Of a DNA stretch of 64,000 nucleotides, positions 20,948 through 38,895 are shown one piece after another; position 1 is the stretch's first letter; each line of letters begins with the position of its first letter. Under the pieces are notes generated by a model. It ran no database searches and had not been told where the DNA came from. It worked only from the letters and a program-made list of their open reading frames with translations. The position numbers were made by a program, and so were the translations under genes. This DNA is from the human T2T-CHM13v2.0 reference genome, Homo sapiens. The stretch lies in the NCBI RefSeq assembly GCF_009914755.1, contig NC_060933.1; one strand, given 5' to 3'.

Positions 20948-21625
20948 AAAATGAAAAGGCAAATTGTAAAGATAGTTTCAACAAATCAAATAAACATAAG
21001 GTTAGTATTCTTGTAAGTATGAAATTTAAAACAGTGTATCCATTTAACAATTACTTAATGTACATGAATATATAGCGTCACTAGTTATGAGAATAATGAA
21101 CGAGATTGCTTGCTTTAGCACATAGTTACAACTATTCATTATTCTTATAACTAGTGATGCTGAGAATTTTTTGAAAAGGCCATTAATGATTTGTTCTTCT
21201 TTTGTTAAATATTTCTTCATGTACATTAAATAATTGTTTAATGGATACAATGTTTTTAATGCCAATAAATTAGAGGATCAAGATGAAATGGACAAATTCC
21301 TAGAAAGACACAAGTTATAGGAACTGCTAAAAGAAAGAACAGAAAGTTTGAATAGGTCTATGACAAATAAAGAAATCAAATTAGCAATTTTTATAAAAGC
21401 CCAGGCCCAAGTGGCTTCACTTGTGAATTCTATCACACATTAAAAAAATTATTACTAGTTATTCACAAAAAATAGAAAAGGAAGGAGGATTTCTGAGCTC
21501 TTTCTGTGAGTTCAGTATTACCCTGATAACAAATTCAGACAAAGATGTCTAGAAGAAAAGAAAACTACAGACCAATGTTGTAGGTAGAAAATCAACAAAA
21601 TACTTGCAAACCGAATCCAGCAATA

Positions 21626-21870
21626 CAGCTTGAATATGTCTTATCTGAAATGCTTGGGACCAGAAGTGTTTTGGATTTTAGATTTTTTTTTTTTTTTGGA
21701 TTTTAGAATATTTGCAGAGTATACGCTGGTTGAACATACCTAATATAAAAATCTAAAGTCTGAAATGCTCTGATGAATATTTCTTTTGCACATCAGGTTA
21801 GCGCTCTAAAGGTTTTGAATTTTGGAGCATTTCGGATTTCAGATTTTCAGGTTAGGAATGCTCAGTTTGT
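21626..21870. mobile_element. Tigger4a/MER46A-like
   Basis: ATCTGAAATGCTTGGGACCAGAAGTGTTTTGGATTTT...GGAGCATTTCGGATTTCAG. Confidence 0.75.
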
Positions 21871-22301
21871 TTATAAAAAGATGAAATACTATGACCAGGT
21901 GGGATTTATCCCAGGAAATACAAGGCTAGTGTAACTTCCAAAAATCAATCAATGTAATACACCACATTAATAGAATAAATGACCAAAACCACATGATCAT
22001 CCCAAGAGACACAGAAAAAGTATTTGATAAAATCCAGCATCCCATCATTATAAAAAAACTCAACACAATAGGAATGGCAAGGAACTTCCTCAATTTGTTA
22101 AAGGGCATCTGTAAAAAATTCAAAAGTAATGTCATACTTATTAGTGAAAGACTGAATGCCTTTTCCCTATGATCAGGAATGAGATGAGGATAGCTACTTT
22201 TACCACTTTGATTTAACACTATACTGTAGATTCAGGGTAGGGAAATTAGGCAAGAAAAAGAAATAAAAGGCATTTATATTGGAAAATAAGAAGTAAAATT
22301 G

Positions 22302-22636
22302 TAGTCATCCCGCTGTATCCATGGGTTTCACATCCATGGATTAAACCAACTGCAGATTGAAAATACTTGGAAAAAAAGTTGTGCTTACACTGAACATGTA
22401 CAGACTTTTTCTTGTCATTACTCCCTAAAGAATACGGTATAACAACTATTTACATAACATTTACATTGTATTAGGTATTATAAATAGTCTAGAGATTTTA
22501 AAGTATACTGAAGGATGTGCACAGGTTATATGCAAATACTATGCCTTTGTATATCAGGAACATGAGTATTTGCAGATTTTGGTATGTGTGGGAGGTTCTG
22601 GAACTAGTACTGCATAGATACCAAAGGATGATTGTG
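22302..22636. mobile_element. MER2-like
   Basis: CTGAACATGTACAGACTTTTT...ACATTGTATTAGGTATTATAA...GATACCAAAGGATGATTG. Confidence 0.75.
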
Positions 22637-23804
22637 TATTCACAGATTACATGATCTTGCATATTAAAAATCCTAAGGAATTAATAAAAAAACTATTAGA
22701 ACTAATAAATGAGCTCAGGTCAGTTGCAGAATAGACGATCAATATATAAAAATCAGTTGTATTTCTATACAGAGACAAAGAACAATCCAAAAATGAAATT
22801 AAAAAAATTTCATTAACAATAGCATAACAAATTTTTAGGAATAAACTTAAAGAAGTGTAAAATGTATACACTGAGAAATATAAAACATCATTGAAAGAAA
22901 TTAAGGAAACACCTAAATAAATGGAAAGATATCTCATAGAGGACTTCATATTTTTAAGATGGCAATACTCCTTAATTGATCTGTATGTTCAATGCAATTC
23001 CTACTGAATTCCTAAATGTCTTTATTGCAGAAATTGACAGGTTAATCATAAATTTATATAAAAAGCAAAGGGACTTAGCATAGCTAAAACAATCTTGAAA
23101 CAATACAAAGTTTGAAGACTTATACTTCCTAATTACAAAATTTATTACAAAAGGACTGTAATCGAGACAATGTGATACTAAAGGATGAATATACAGATTA
23201 ATGGAAAGGAATTGACAGTCTCAATATAATTTCTCACATTGATGGTAATTGATTTTTGATCAGGGTGCCAAGACAATTCATGGGCAAAGAATAGTCTTTT
23301 AAACTAACAGTGCGGGGACAACTGGATATCCACATGTAAACTAATGAAGTAAGACAATCTACTTCACACTATATACAAAAAAAAAAAGCTTAAAGTGGAT
23401 CATAGGCCTATATATGAGAGCTAAACTTATTAAAACTCCAAGAAGAAACACAGAAGTCTTTGTGTACTTAGATTAGGCAGTGGTTTCTTAGATATGACAC
23501 CAAAAGCTCAAGTGACAAAAGAAAAATAGTTAAGTTAGGCTTTATCAAAGTTAAAAACATCTGTGTGTCAAAGCACACTATCAAAAATGCGAAAAGACCA
23601 CCCACAAATGGGTTCCACAAAATGGAAGCAAATGTTTGGGAATCATATATCTGATAATTGTCTTATCTCCAGAATATAAAAGAATTCTTACAGCTCAACA
23701 AGACAATGACAACTTAATTTAAAAAGTAGGCAAGGGACTTGGATAGACATTTTTCCAAATAAGATATACAAATGGCCAAAAAGCATGTAAAAAGATGCCC
23801 AACA

Positions 23805-26433
<2,629 letters not shown>

Positions 26434-27432
26434 AAAAAGATGCCCAACATCATTGGTCATTAGAGAAATACAAATCAAAACCACGATGGGATAATAATAG
26501 GTCTACAAGGATGGCAAAAATCAGAAAGACAAACAATAACAAGTGTTAGAGAATTTGGACTAATTTGGATGCAGTATATTGCTGTTGGGAATGTAAAGTG
26601 GTGCTGCTACTTTGGAAAACAGTTTGGCCATTCCTTAAAAGGGTAAACAAAGAGTTACCATATGACTCAGCAATTCTACTTCTAGATATATATGCAATAG
26701 AAATGAAAACATATCCACAAAAACTTGTACATGACTCTTCATACTAGCGTTATTCACAATAGAAAAATAATAGAAAGAAACCCAAATGTCTGTCAGGCGA
26801 TGAATGGATACAGAAAAAGTGGTATATTCATACAATGAAATATTAATTTGGCAATTAAAGGAAATGAAGTAATGATACATGCTCTAATGTGGATGAACCT
26901 TGAAAACATTATGCTGAGTGAAAGAAGGCAGACAGAAAGGCCACATGTTCTAAAATTAGATTGTGATATTTGTACAATGCTATGAATAAACTAAAAACAT
27001 TGAATTTTACACTTTAAGTGGGTGGACTTTATGGTATGTGAATTATATCTCAATAAAGGTGTTACTAAAAGACAATATAGAGTGTTCTTTGTTTCTCTGA
27101 AGGACAAGTTTTTAACTTCCATTTCTCCAAATAAGCAATTATTTGTTTTTATACCAAATTAGCATTTTCAGATTCCCTACTGATGTTACTGGATTAAGCT
27201 ATGTTTTTAACTTTTTGTTAATTTCTACATTTTTTGTTTCCTACTATTGCTTCTACATTTTGTGCACTGAAGGAGGTAGTATATTGATTTTACACTTACA
27301 TTTCTTGTACTTTCTGCCTATATTAGTGTTATCCACATATCCTTTTGTCTCACATTTATATTTAATACTGTTAGCTGTGTTTTCTAAGTATGGGATAATA
27401 CCTTTCAGTATGCTGTAGGTGACTATATATAG

Positions 27433-27612
<180 letters not shown>

Positions 27613-28481
27613 TGATTATATTATCTTACTTGTACATGAGTTAAATGATAAATATCTTGCTGTTTAATAAGTCACTTAATCAGGAAAAACTTTACATATG
27701 GGAAAATTGCAGTTCTGTCTTGCACAGCAGGTGCAGAGAAGTAACAAAATTGAGTCTTTTAGCACTAGTTTTTAATCCCATGGTTTATGGATAATAGAAT
27801 CTATTTTATAAAGTTTTTTTGGACTGATCCTTTTGAATTTCTTTCTTTTTTAGGACTTTAGATCATTTTAAGGATTTCGCAAAGTATAGACTGAGGTTTA
27901 CAACATGATTCATGTAGACATACGTGGCTAAAATATTAGTAACATTTCTTTATGGTTTTTAAAAAAATTTTTGGACAATTTCAGGCTTACACAATGGACA
28001 ATGAACTGTAGAGAAAGTAGGTTACATAAAAAAATGAGCTCTGATAGTTTGTTTAGCTGTTTATAGGAAGGTGACTGGATGTTGATACTTAGTCTAAGAG
28101 CTATATTCAAGTTATTTGTTCACTAATACAGTTATGTCAAATTTTTGTATTGTGTTGGTATTTCATAATGCTTTCTTCTCTATTACCTTGATTTAAACAG
28201 TAATTGAAATATTTTGTCATTAAATAACTTGTTTTTATGTGCTGCTAGACTAGTAGGAATAGAAATTAAAGGAAGAAAATATATTAGTGCTCTTGGGTAA
28301 AAATAGGCACTTGGTATCCCCAAGGTATCAGGAGTTCTAAATCAGATTTGCTAATATTGTAGGAAACAAGCCCACAGATCCTCATGGCTCGCATTTCTGA
28401 GAGGAAGCCTAGTAAGGCTAGTTCAGTTTATGAACAACAAAAGGAAAAACATTTCTCTATTGGGGTATGAGACCAACAAAC

Positions 28482-29790
28482 TTTATTTTTATTGTGGTAA
28501 GAGATATATAATAAAAATGACCATTTTAACCATTTTAAGTGTACAGTTCAGTTGTATTAAGTACAAATACATTGCTGTACAACCATCACCACCATCCATC
28601 TCCAGAACATTTTTCATCTTCCCAAATGGAAACTTCATACCCATTAAATAATAACTCTGTATTTCCCACTCCCAATGGCCTTTTGCAATCACCATTCTAC
28701 TTTCTGAATATAAATCTGCCTTTTCTATGTACCTCATACAAATGGAATTATATAGCATTTGTCCTTTTTTGACTGGCTTATTTTACTTAGCATAATGTCT
28801 GTCAGGTTCATCCATGTTGTAGCATGTGCCAGAATTTCTTTCCTTTTTAAGGCTGAATAATATTCCATTGCATATGTATACTGCATTTTATTTGTTCATT
28901 CATCTGTTGATGGATACTTGGGTTGCTGCTGTGAACATGGGTAAACAAATATTTCCTTGAGTCCCTGTTTTCAGTTCTTTTCAATATATACCCAGAAATG
29001 GAATTGCTGGATCATATGGTAAATTTATAATTTTTTTTGAGGAACTGCTACATTGTTTTCTGTAGTGGCTGCACTATTTTTCAGTCCTACCAGCAGTGCA
29101 CAAGTGTTCCAATTTCTCAACATCCTCAACAATGCTTTGCTTTGTTTGATAATAGCCATCTCTATGGGTTTGAGGTGGTATCATTGTGATTTTGATGCAT
29201 ACTTCTCTAACAACCAGTGATCATGAGCATCTTTTCATATGCTTGTTGGCCATCTGTTTATCTTCTTTGCAGAGATGTTGCTTGTTGGCTATTTGTTTAT
29301 CTTCTTTGCAGAGATGTCTACTGAAGTCCTTTGCCCATTTTTAAATCAGGTTGTTTGTTTGTTGTTATATTATAGAAATTATTATTCTGGATCTTAACTC
29401 CTTATAAGATACATGATTTGTAGATAGTTTTTCCCATTCTCTAGGTTGCCTTTTCATTCTGTTGCTTGTCTTTTGATGGACAAAAGTTTTAAATTTGGCT
29501 GTATTCTAATTTATCTATTTTTTGTTTCCTATGTTTTTGGTGTCATATCCAAGAAATCATTGCCAAATCCAATGTTATGAACCTTTCTTTCTGTTTTCTT
29601 GTAAGAGTTTTATCATTTTAGCTCTTACATTTAGGCCTTGGGTCCATTTTGAGTTAATTTTTGTCTATCGTGAAGGTAAGGGCCCAACTTCTTTTGCTTG
29701 TGAATATCCAGTTTTCCTAGCACCATTTGTTGAAAGACTGTCTTTTCTCCATTGAATGGTCTTGGCACCTTTGTTGAAAATCATTTGACC
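28482..29790 (-). mobile_element. L1MB-like 3' region, with a 39-bp tandem duplication at 29240-29317
   Basis: Typical TGTACAGTTCAGTTGTATTAAGTAC 3' end; ORF2 3' remnants. Confidence 0.75.
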
Positions 29791-30734
29791 ACCAACCTAC
29801 TTTTTTATACAGCTCCTTTATCTGTATAGCCATTATGAAAAGAGAGGGGAATGGAGAGAGGCTTCTAAGAATAGCCTTTTGAAAACAGGATATTATGAGG
29901 TTACAACTTTCTGTTGCTTTTACGGGTATATTATTTCACCTGTGCTGCAGAGCTAGTATATTTTGGGGGCAGGCTAGTTAAGTCCCATTTATAAGCCAAG
30001 TTTTCCCAAACTATTCATTCAGCCACTTTAGCCTAATATTAATACTGCAATGTCTAGTATTTTTGATCTAGAAAAATTTTGGGTGATTTCAGAATACTCA
30101 ATTTTATCCTTCTAGGAAGGATTGTCTTATCTAGCATGGCAAGGTAATTCCACCATATAATTCTAAATTATGTCTAGATAGTACCACAAGCAATTTTCTA
30201 TTTTTTAATGTTTTTACTTCTCTAAATTTGTGCCCAGAAAATATGATAGTATTTAGATTACTCTAAGATTGTACTGTTATCATTTTATATTATATGCATG
30301 TTGTAGACTATATATAGCAAATGTGACCAGTGGCATTACCAGAGTGTAAGAATATCTTGACATCTTTAAATAACCAAAAAATAGATAAGCCACTGAACTG
30401 TCTTTAAAGTTCTTAAGACAGTACCTGTAGGAAGACAGATTTGGAAAAGGTAAGCAAATAAAAATCAAAAGTAAGATGGCCCTTTTAAATTCAGTTTCCT
30501 CTGGGAATTAATTGCCTTTATATCATCAAATATGGCTGCTAAGCAAATAAACTGCTGACATGTGAACAACTTTTAATTAATTCATATCTATTCAACAACA
30601 ATTGGATGTTTACCTCATGTTCTTGGCATCATTTCTGATTTTGTGACTGTGACTGTTTTTTATTTCCCTGGCTAATGAAGATGTAAATTTCTTAAGTTCA
30701 AATTTTGTCAGCTACTCAAATGAGAAAAGGTTTT

Positions 30735-30989
30735 CTTTCTTATTTTATTTTTTTATAGAGATTGAACTCCTGGGCTCCAGTGATTGTCTTGCTTCAGCCT
30801 GTCAGCCTCCTGAGTAGCTAGGTACAGGTGTGTGCCACTATGCCTGGCTAATTTTTTTAGTTTTGGTTTTGTGGAGATGGGGTCTCGCTCTATTGTCCAG
30901 GCTGGTTTCAAACACCTGGCTTCAAATGATCCTCCTACCTCAGCCTCCCAAAGTGCTGGGAGTACGAGTGTGAGCCACCACACCTGGCC
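30735..30989 (-). mobile_element. AluJ-like (internally deleted)
   Basis: Alu reverse complement lacking part of the right arm. Confidence 0.8.
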
Positions 30990-31201
30990 TGAAATTTTTC
31001 AGTAGTTCTAATTAAATGAAATTTCTGAGGGTACATACTATAATATTTAAGGAATAGTATTTATTATGTTTTGGCATTTGAGACTCTTCCATTTGTAACT
31101 TTTCTCTAGTGAATAGTTTATTATGTTTTTAGTATTGCCATCACTCATTTTTCATATATTTATTGTCTTCTGATCATGACTTCCATAGAATTTCCACATG
31201 A

Positions 31202-31529
<328 letters not shown>

Positions 31530-32766
31530 CATCTACTAGTTCTATAGGGAACCAAGGCAGGCTATTAAAAAGAATCTACCAAGTCATTGATCATCTTCTA
31601 CTTAAACAGTATAACTTACTTGCCTGTTCTCAAAAGTGTGGTGAAATAAGTGTTTAAAATTGAGCAAAAATCTGTCTCCTACCCTGAATTAATTTTGTAT
31701 TAGCAACGTTTAGGCCTTTGTTTTGGGTGATACTGATTATTTGATGGTGTGGTTCTTAATAGTTTATTTTCTTATATGAAAATATCTTCTATATTTTATT
31801 AATAGAAAAGCAAATATACTTTTAAATATGTTTCTTTTAATAAAATTAGTTTAAAAAGGTTCCAGTAAAGCTTTAATTTCATGAGACAAGTTATTACATC
31901 AAAAGAAGAGAAATACAGATGTAGAGTATAGAGGGCCCTTGTCCGGTTTAAAACCTTGATTCGCATTGTTATTTTAGGTAATATGGCTCTTACCTTTTTT
32001 TCTACAAAGAAAATTGGTATTATGTTTAGAATATTTGTACTTCTGCTTTCTTTTTCTTTCTCCCATTACATGTTCAGTCAGATTTATCTGTATTCCTAAA
32101 TCCTCCAGGTCAAAATCGTAGAACCTCTGTGTTTCTCTCTTCTTCATTCTTTATACAATATATAGTTAATAAAGTTATCATCCTTTTTTCAGAATCTTTT
32201 AGTATCTTCTGTTTCCTGGATCAGATCCTTATTATTTCGTATCTGAGCCATACACCAGCCTCTTAAAGAGCCTCCGTAAATACACTTTATTTTCTTCAAG
32301 CACTTCTATCATTGCTACTACTCTGCCAATGGAAGAGACATGATGAAAACAGATCTCCATAGTTTCTAGGATCAGGTCATTCAAGGGTACCTGCAGTCGG
32401 ACCCCAACTTACTTTTCTAAGTTTTAATCCACATTATTTCTTCACATAAACTTCAGGCCCTAATCAAATTAGTTTATGCATCTGAACATATCTGGTGCTT
32501 TTGTGTGTGTGTCATTCCTTCTATTTCTTTACCCTGTTTTGTGTCCATCATACATTTCTTTATTTTTAAACACACTGTGAAGTTTCAAATCTTCCATGAA
32601 ACCCTCCTTGATTACTCCAGCTGAATATAATCTTAACTTTCTCCAAGTTCCTGAAGGAGCTTTTGTGTGGTGCTTCCTATATCATGTCTGGTGTTATAAT
32701 TATTTGCTTCTGTTTCGCTTCTAAGCTAAATTTTGGTCCCCTTGATGACTGAGACCACATCTTATA

Positions 32767-33116
32767 CAGTCATGTGTCACTTACTTATGGGGATATATTC
32801 TGAGAAATATGTCGTTAGGCAATTTTATTGTTCTGTGAATATCATGTATTGTACTTATACAAACCTATATGTTATAGCCTAGTATATGCCTAGTCTGTAT
32901 GGTATAGCCTATTATTGCTCTAGGCTACAAACTTATATAGCATGTTGCTGTACTGAATATTGTAGGCACTTGTAACACAACGGTAAGTATTTGTGTAGTT
33001 AAACATATCTAAACATAAAAAAGATACAGTAAAAATGCAGTATTACAATCTTATGGAACCATCGTTATATATGTGGTCTGCCATTGACCAAAACATTGTT
33101 ATGGGGCACATGGCTA
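32767..33116. mobile_element. Tigger3a/MER7A-like
   Basis: CAGTCATGTGTCACTTA...TTCTGAGAAAT...CATGGCTA ends. Confidence 0.7.
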
Positions 33117-33379
33117 TTTCTTTGTATCCAACACCACTTGTAGTATGATACTTCCAACATAATTGGAGTTCAGTATATATTTAACTCAGTAATATCTACT
33201 TTAATTTAGGTAATTTTTATGTAGAAGATATAATTTGAAGATATATTTAATGAAATAGGTTGATGTTATATGTACTCTGTAATTGGGAACCCAGTGTAAA
33301 TCAGTTTCCATTTGCAAATGAACTTTTATTAAAATTGTATCGCAAAATGAATGAAAATTAAAGGAGGAATTTATGCCAT

Positions 33380-33659
33380 TTATTTATTTATTAATTATTT
33401 TAGAGACTGGGTCTTGGTCTGTTACCCAGACTAGGGTGCAGTGGTGTGATCATAGCTCAAGAGATCCTCCTACCTCAGCCCCCCAAGTAGCTGGGACTGC
33501 AGGTATGTGCCACCATGCCTGGATAATTTTTAAATTTTTTGTGGAGATGAGATCTTGCCATGTTGCCCAGGCTGGTCTCAAACTCCTGGGCTCAAGTGAT
33601 CTTCATGCCTTGGCCTCCCAAAGTTCTGGGATTACAGGCATGAGCCACTGAGCCTGGCC
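33380..33659 (-). mobile_element. AluJ-like upstream of exon 6
   Basis: (ATTT)n tail and Alu body. Confidence 0.82.
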
Positions 33660-33774
33660 AATTTGTATCTTGTAAATGCATATGTTCTGAAAATTATGAT
33701 TAAAATATAATCATAGATTAAAACATGATAATGAAACTTACGATGAGATATTTCCTTCAAATTTTTGGTTTTAG

Positions 33775-33921
<147 letters not shown>

Positions 33922-34023
33922 TAATTTTCTTTTGCAAATCCTTACACATAAGTGTGAGTAGAGATTTTATATAATTCGTATATATTTTCTGTGTTTACCC
34001 ATGCCTTTTGATTTTGTAATACT

Positions 34024-34242
34024 AGTTAAGTACTCCTTATCTAAAATGCTTGGAATCAGAAATGCTTCAGATTTTGGATATTTCCAGATTTTGGAATATT
34101 GGCATTGAACTTACCAGTTGAGCACCCCTAATCCAAAATGCTCTAATGAGCATTTCCTTTGAACATCATGTTGACGTTCAAAAAGTTCTGGATTTTGGAA
34201 CATTTCGTATTTCAGATATTTGCAAGAGGGATAGTCAACCTA
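34024..34242. mobile_element. Tigger4a/MER46A-like, second copy
   Basis: Similar to 21626-21870. Confidence 0.7.
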
Positions 34243-35564
34243 TAATAAAAAATCATATGGGTAAGTTTTATATCTTGGGAGTAAAACACACTTTGTAAGG
34301 TGAAATTATTTAAAGAGTTGTACTACAGGAAATATCATAGGTATTAAATATCTATTATTTGATTTCATTTATTCTGAGAAGGCTAGGGAAGTTCAGAGGA
34401 ACAGAAGAAACACCTGGAGGCATACTTTTTGATAGAAGATCCTCCAGTTGGCTATATAAATGACCTGAATAAGTATTTCCCAAATGGTGGTGTATATTTT
34501 ATTTGCATTAGACTCACGTGGGGGAGCCTGTTAAAATCAAAGATTTCTGGGTCCTAATCCAAGAGATTTGGATTCAGTAAATCTGAGTTGAAGCCCACAA
34601 ATATGAATTTTTACAGATGCTCTAGGGTATTCTTATACAAATGGTCCAAACTCTGCATTCTTCAAATTATTCTTCTGCATATTGAACTTGACAATCATGG
34701 CTAATATAAAACTGCTTTTTAAAAAGGTATATATAAGAATGGTTTAAGTTTGAAGGCAAATATGTATTTTATATATTACATACTTCCCAGATTAAAAATT
34801 TGAGTACATCATGAGTGTGGTTAAAGCTTCCTTTTTTGAAATTGTTCTCCCAATAACTGGCTTCAGTCATTTCTTTGCCATGTCATCAAAACAGTTACAT
34901 ACCCAATTTGCAGAGTATCAATTTCTGTATTTCTCTCTTTGGTTTTAAATATTCTTGTTTTACTTTCAGATGTCTGTTAGGTCTTAACCTAAGGGTGTAG
35001 GCCATAGGGTATAATTTTAGGAACTCAGAAATCTAGAAGATTCCAAAGCCCAAAGGAAAAAAAAAACACATTCATTCATTCAACAGCTACTTATTGAATA
35101 CTTGCTGTATGCCAGGCTATAGTAGAACATAGTTGGAGGAAGAGTATCTTAGATGTCGTTACATAGAAACTGAAGGAATTCAGGGGAACACAGTTGAAGA
35201 ACAGAAGCTTTGACCCATTGAAGATGAATGTTATAAATATGAAGCCATCTCTAGACTTAAGCTATCGTGGAATATTTCTGCTTTGGAAACCATGCTGTCA
35301 TCCAAAGTCTTGGCACAATCTTTCTATGTAGATTGTAGTTTCTTCCAGTTTGAGAATCATGTCATCTATTGCTCTTATCCCTACATTATTTAGTCTAGTG
35401 TCCTAAACCTAATGACTATTTAGTAACTATTTATCTGATTCTTTTAACTCATGCTCTTAGCCAGGATATAAACACAGATGCAAAATGCTGCATCATTTTT
35501 TTTTACTGCTTTACTTTAAAAATAGTGTAGATATTAAACATTCATATAAGATTCCATGATATTT

Positions 35565-36610
35565 TAAAAGAGTTTATTGAGATAATTTACAAATCATAAA
35601 TCTCACCCATTTAAAATATACAATTTAATATTTTGTATTATATTCACAGGGTTGTATAAAGATGACCAGAATCTAATTTTAGAACATTTGCATCCTTTCT
35701 GAAAGAAACCCCATGCCCATTAGCATTCAGTCCTCATCCCACTTTCCCCCAGCCTCTGGAAACCACTTATCTTTTTGTTTGCGTGGATTTTCCTGTCTCA
35801 AACATTTCATATAAATAGAATCATGCAAAATGTGGTGTGGCATTTTTTTTGTCTGGCTTCTTTCACTTAATATGATGTTTCCAAGGTTCATTCATGTTGT
35901 AGAATGTATCAGTACTTCATTTCTTTTTATTGCTGAATCATTTCATTATATAGATATACCACATTTTGCTTATTTGTTCTTCACTTGATGAAAATGTGGG
36001 CTGCTTCCATGTTTTGGCTATTGTGACTAATGTGGCTATGAACAGTTGTATATGAGTAATTTTGTGGATGTATTTTTTTCATTTTTTCTTGTGCATATAT
36101 TTAGGAGTGGAATTCCTGGAACATATGGTAACTGTTTAACTTTTTGAGGAACTGCTTAACTTTTCAAAAGCAGCTGTGCCACATTACATTCACACTAGCA
36201 GTACATGAAGAGTTCCAACTCTTTCCGCACTTGTTTCTGTCTGTATTTTATCCATCCTAGTGGGTGGAAGTGCTGTCTCATTCTAGTTTTGATGTTCATT
36301 TCTCTAATGACTACTGATGTTTGGCATCTTTTCATGTACTTTTTGGCCATTTGTATGCCTTCTGTAGAGAAGTGTCTATTTGAATTCATTGCTCATTTTT
36401 TAATTGGGTTATTTGTCTTTTAATTATTGAGTTTAGAAAATTCTTTTTATATTCTGGATACAAGTCTCCACATATAATCATATTTATGATTTGCCATTAT
36501 TTCCTCCCATTCTGTGTATTGTTATTTTACTTTCCTGAAGGTATCATTTGTAGCACAAAAGTTTTAATTTTGAAGTAGTCTAATTTGCCCCATTTTTCTT
36601 TGTGTCTTGT
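35565..36610 (-). mobile_element. L1MB-like 3' region
   Basis: Minus ORF remnant [35 protein letters not shown]. Confidence 0.7.
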
Positions 36611-37574
36611 GCCATGTGGAAATGTGGTTTTAGCAACATGGATGTCTTTCTTGGTTTTAGCAAGAGCAGTTTCTCTTGAAATAATGGAACAGAAGCCAAA
36701 CTGGAATGAGTTGAGGGATAAATGGAAGGCAAGAAAATGGAAATGGCTATGTACATGCTTTCAAAAAGAGGCCAGATAGGCTGTGGCCAGAAGGAAATGT
36801 GGGATTAAGAGATTTTACATTTTATACGGGATGGACATTAATTTAGCAAGTCCTTTGTGCCTGTGGATTCTACATCTAATATGCCACAGAATGAGGTCCA
36901 GAAAGGCTTCCTGGATTAGATGGTACTTGAGCCTTGTCGAATGAGTAACTAGATAGGAGATGGATGATTGGAAGAAAGATTAGCATATATTACGGCATGG
37001 AAAATTATTTAATGGTACTTCAGAAATAAAATGTTCCTTAGAAGCACAGAAATAAATTACCTTCTTTAGAATATTGTACATAGAGATGAATGTACAGAAA
37101 AGTCAGAATATTTCTAAATGGAATTGTTTTGATCACAAAGGAATTATTAGGAGTTGAAGCTGGCCTAACAAAATAATATACAGAAGTATGTTTGCATAAT
37201 GAAAATGGCTTCCAACAAAATGTAACAATTTCCAAAATTCAGGTAAATGTTGGAGCACAGCATCATAGGAAATATTTGTAGCACAGTTCAATATATGCCA
37301 AAATATTATCTTATAAACCATTAACTCTGGTATGTGAAATAGAGAAAAGGAATTTTTAGAGATTCTTATTAACTAGACTGAGGATTCATTTCATTAGGGG
37401 AAGAAGATTAACATCTTCTTTTGTAAACATTGATGATAACTTAGAGTGTGTGGATATATTTATATCATCAAACAAAATCTTAAAGTTTTATACTGTATGG
37501 ATGGGGGTTATGTCAACTTACGCCACTTGGCCACTGTGTTGTAAGGCCTACTTAATCATGGAAAAAGGTGGTAA

Positions 37575-38036
<462 letters not shown>

Positions 38037-38757
38037 TAATTTTAATCATTTGCAACATGGTATTGCACTTCTCCCATTTGATAGAAGTGGAAGTTTTTAA
38101 TAGTGTGAACCTATCAAGGTCATATAATTCTTTGCCTACTATTCTTAAATGGTTTTTTCATTTAATTTTTTATGACAAAATAATTACCAATGACTATATT
38201 ATAGTTTCAGAAAGATGTCAAATTCTAAAAGTGATTTTAAAGGAGTTTTGCCTTTCACTACTAGTGATAACAGAAGGCATAATTATAAAACTTGTTAACT
38301 AGAAAAGATTGATATTAATTGATTTTATGATAATATATACCTGCTAAATAATGAATTTATTTTAGGTTTGCATTGCAAGTTTTGAATTTGTTAATATCCG
38401 TGTTGTTCATAGATTGTTACTAGAGATTTAGAGGGATCATTTTTTAATTTTTCATCTTTGGTAGTCACATTTCCAGTTTTCTGGCAGTGGTTTCTACTAA
38501 TGTTAATTGAATTGAAGAGTGCTATAGCACATTTTAGATTCCTGGCATCATTTAATGCCCTCATTTTTAAGTCAAGCAAGATACAGCATAGTCTTAGGGT
38601 TAGATTGATAGAGTAAATCACGTTTAATGCTTATCTATTGTTATCAATACCTTTTTTATTTTAAAGAATTTGGAAAGAATGTTGTCTTCTTAAGTCTTGT
38701 TTTAAAATGGCTCTGTAAATTCTACCCGTTTTTAATTTTACATGCTTTTAATTATAG

Positions 38758-38895
<138 letters not shown>
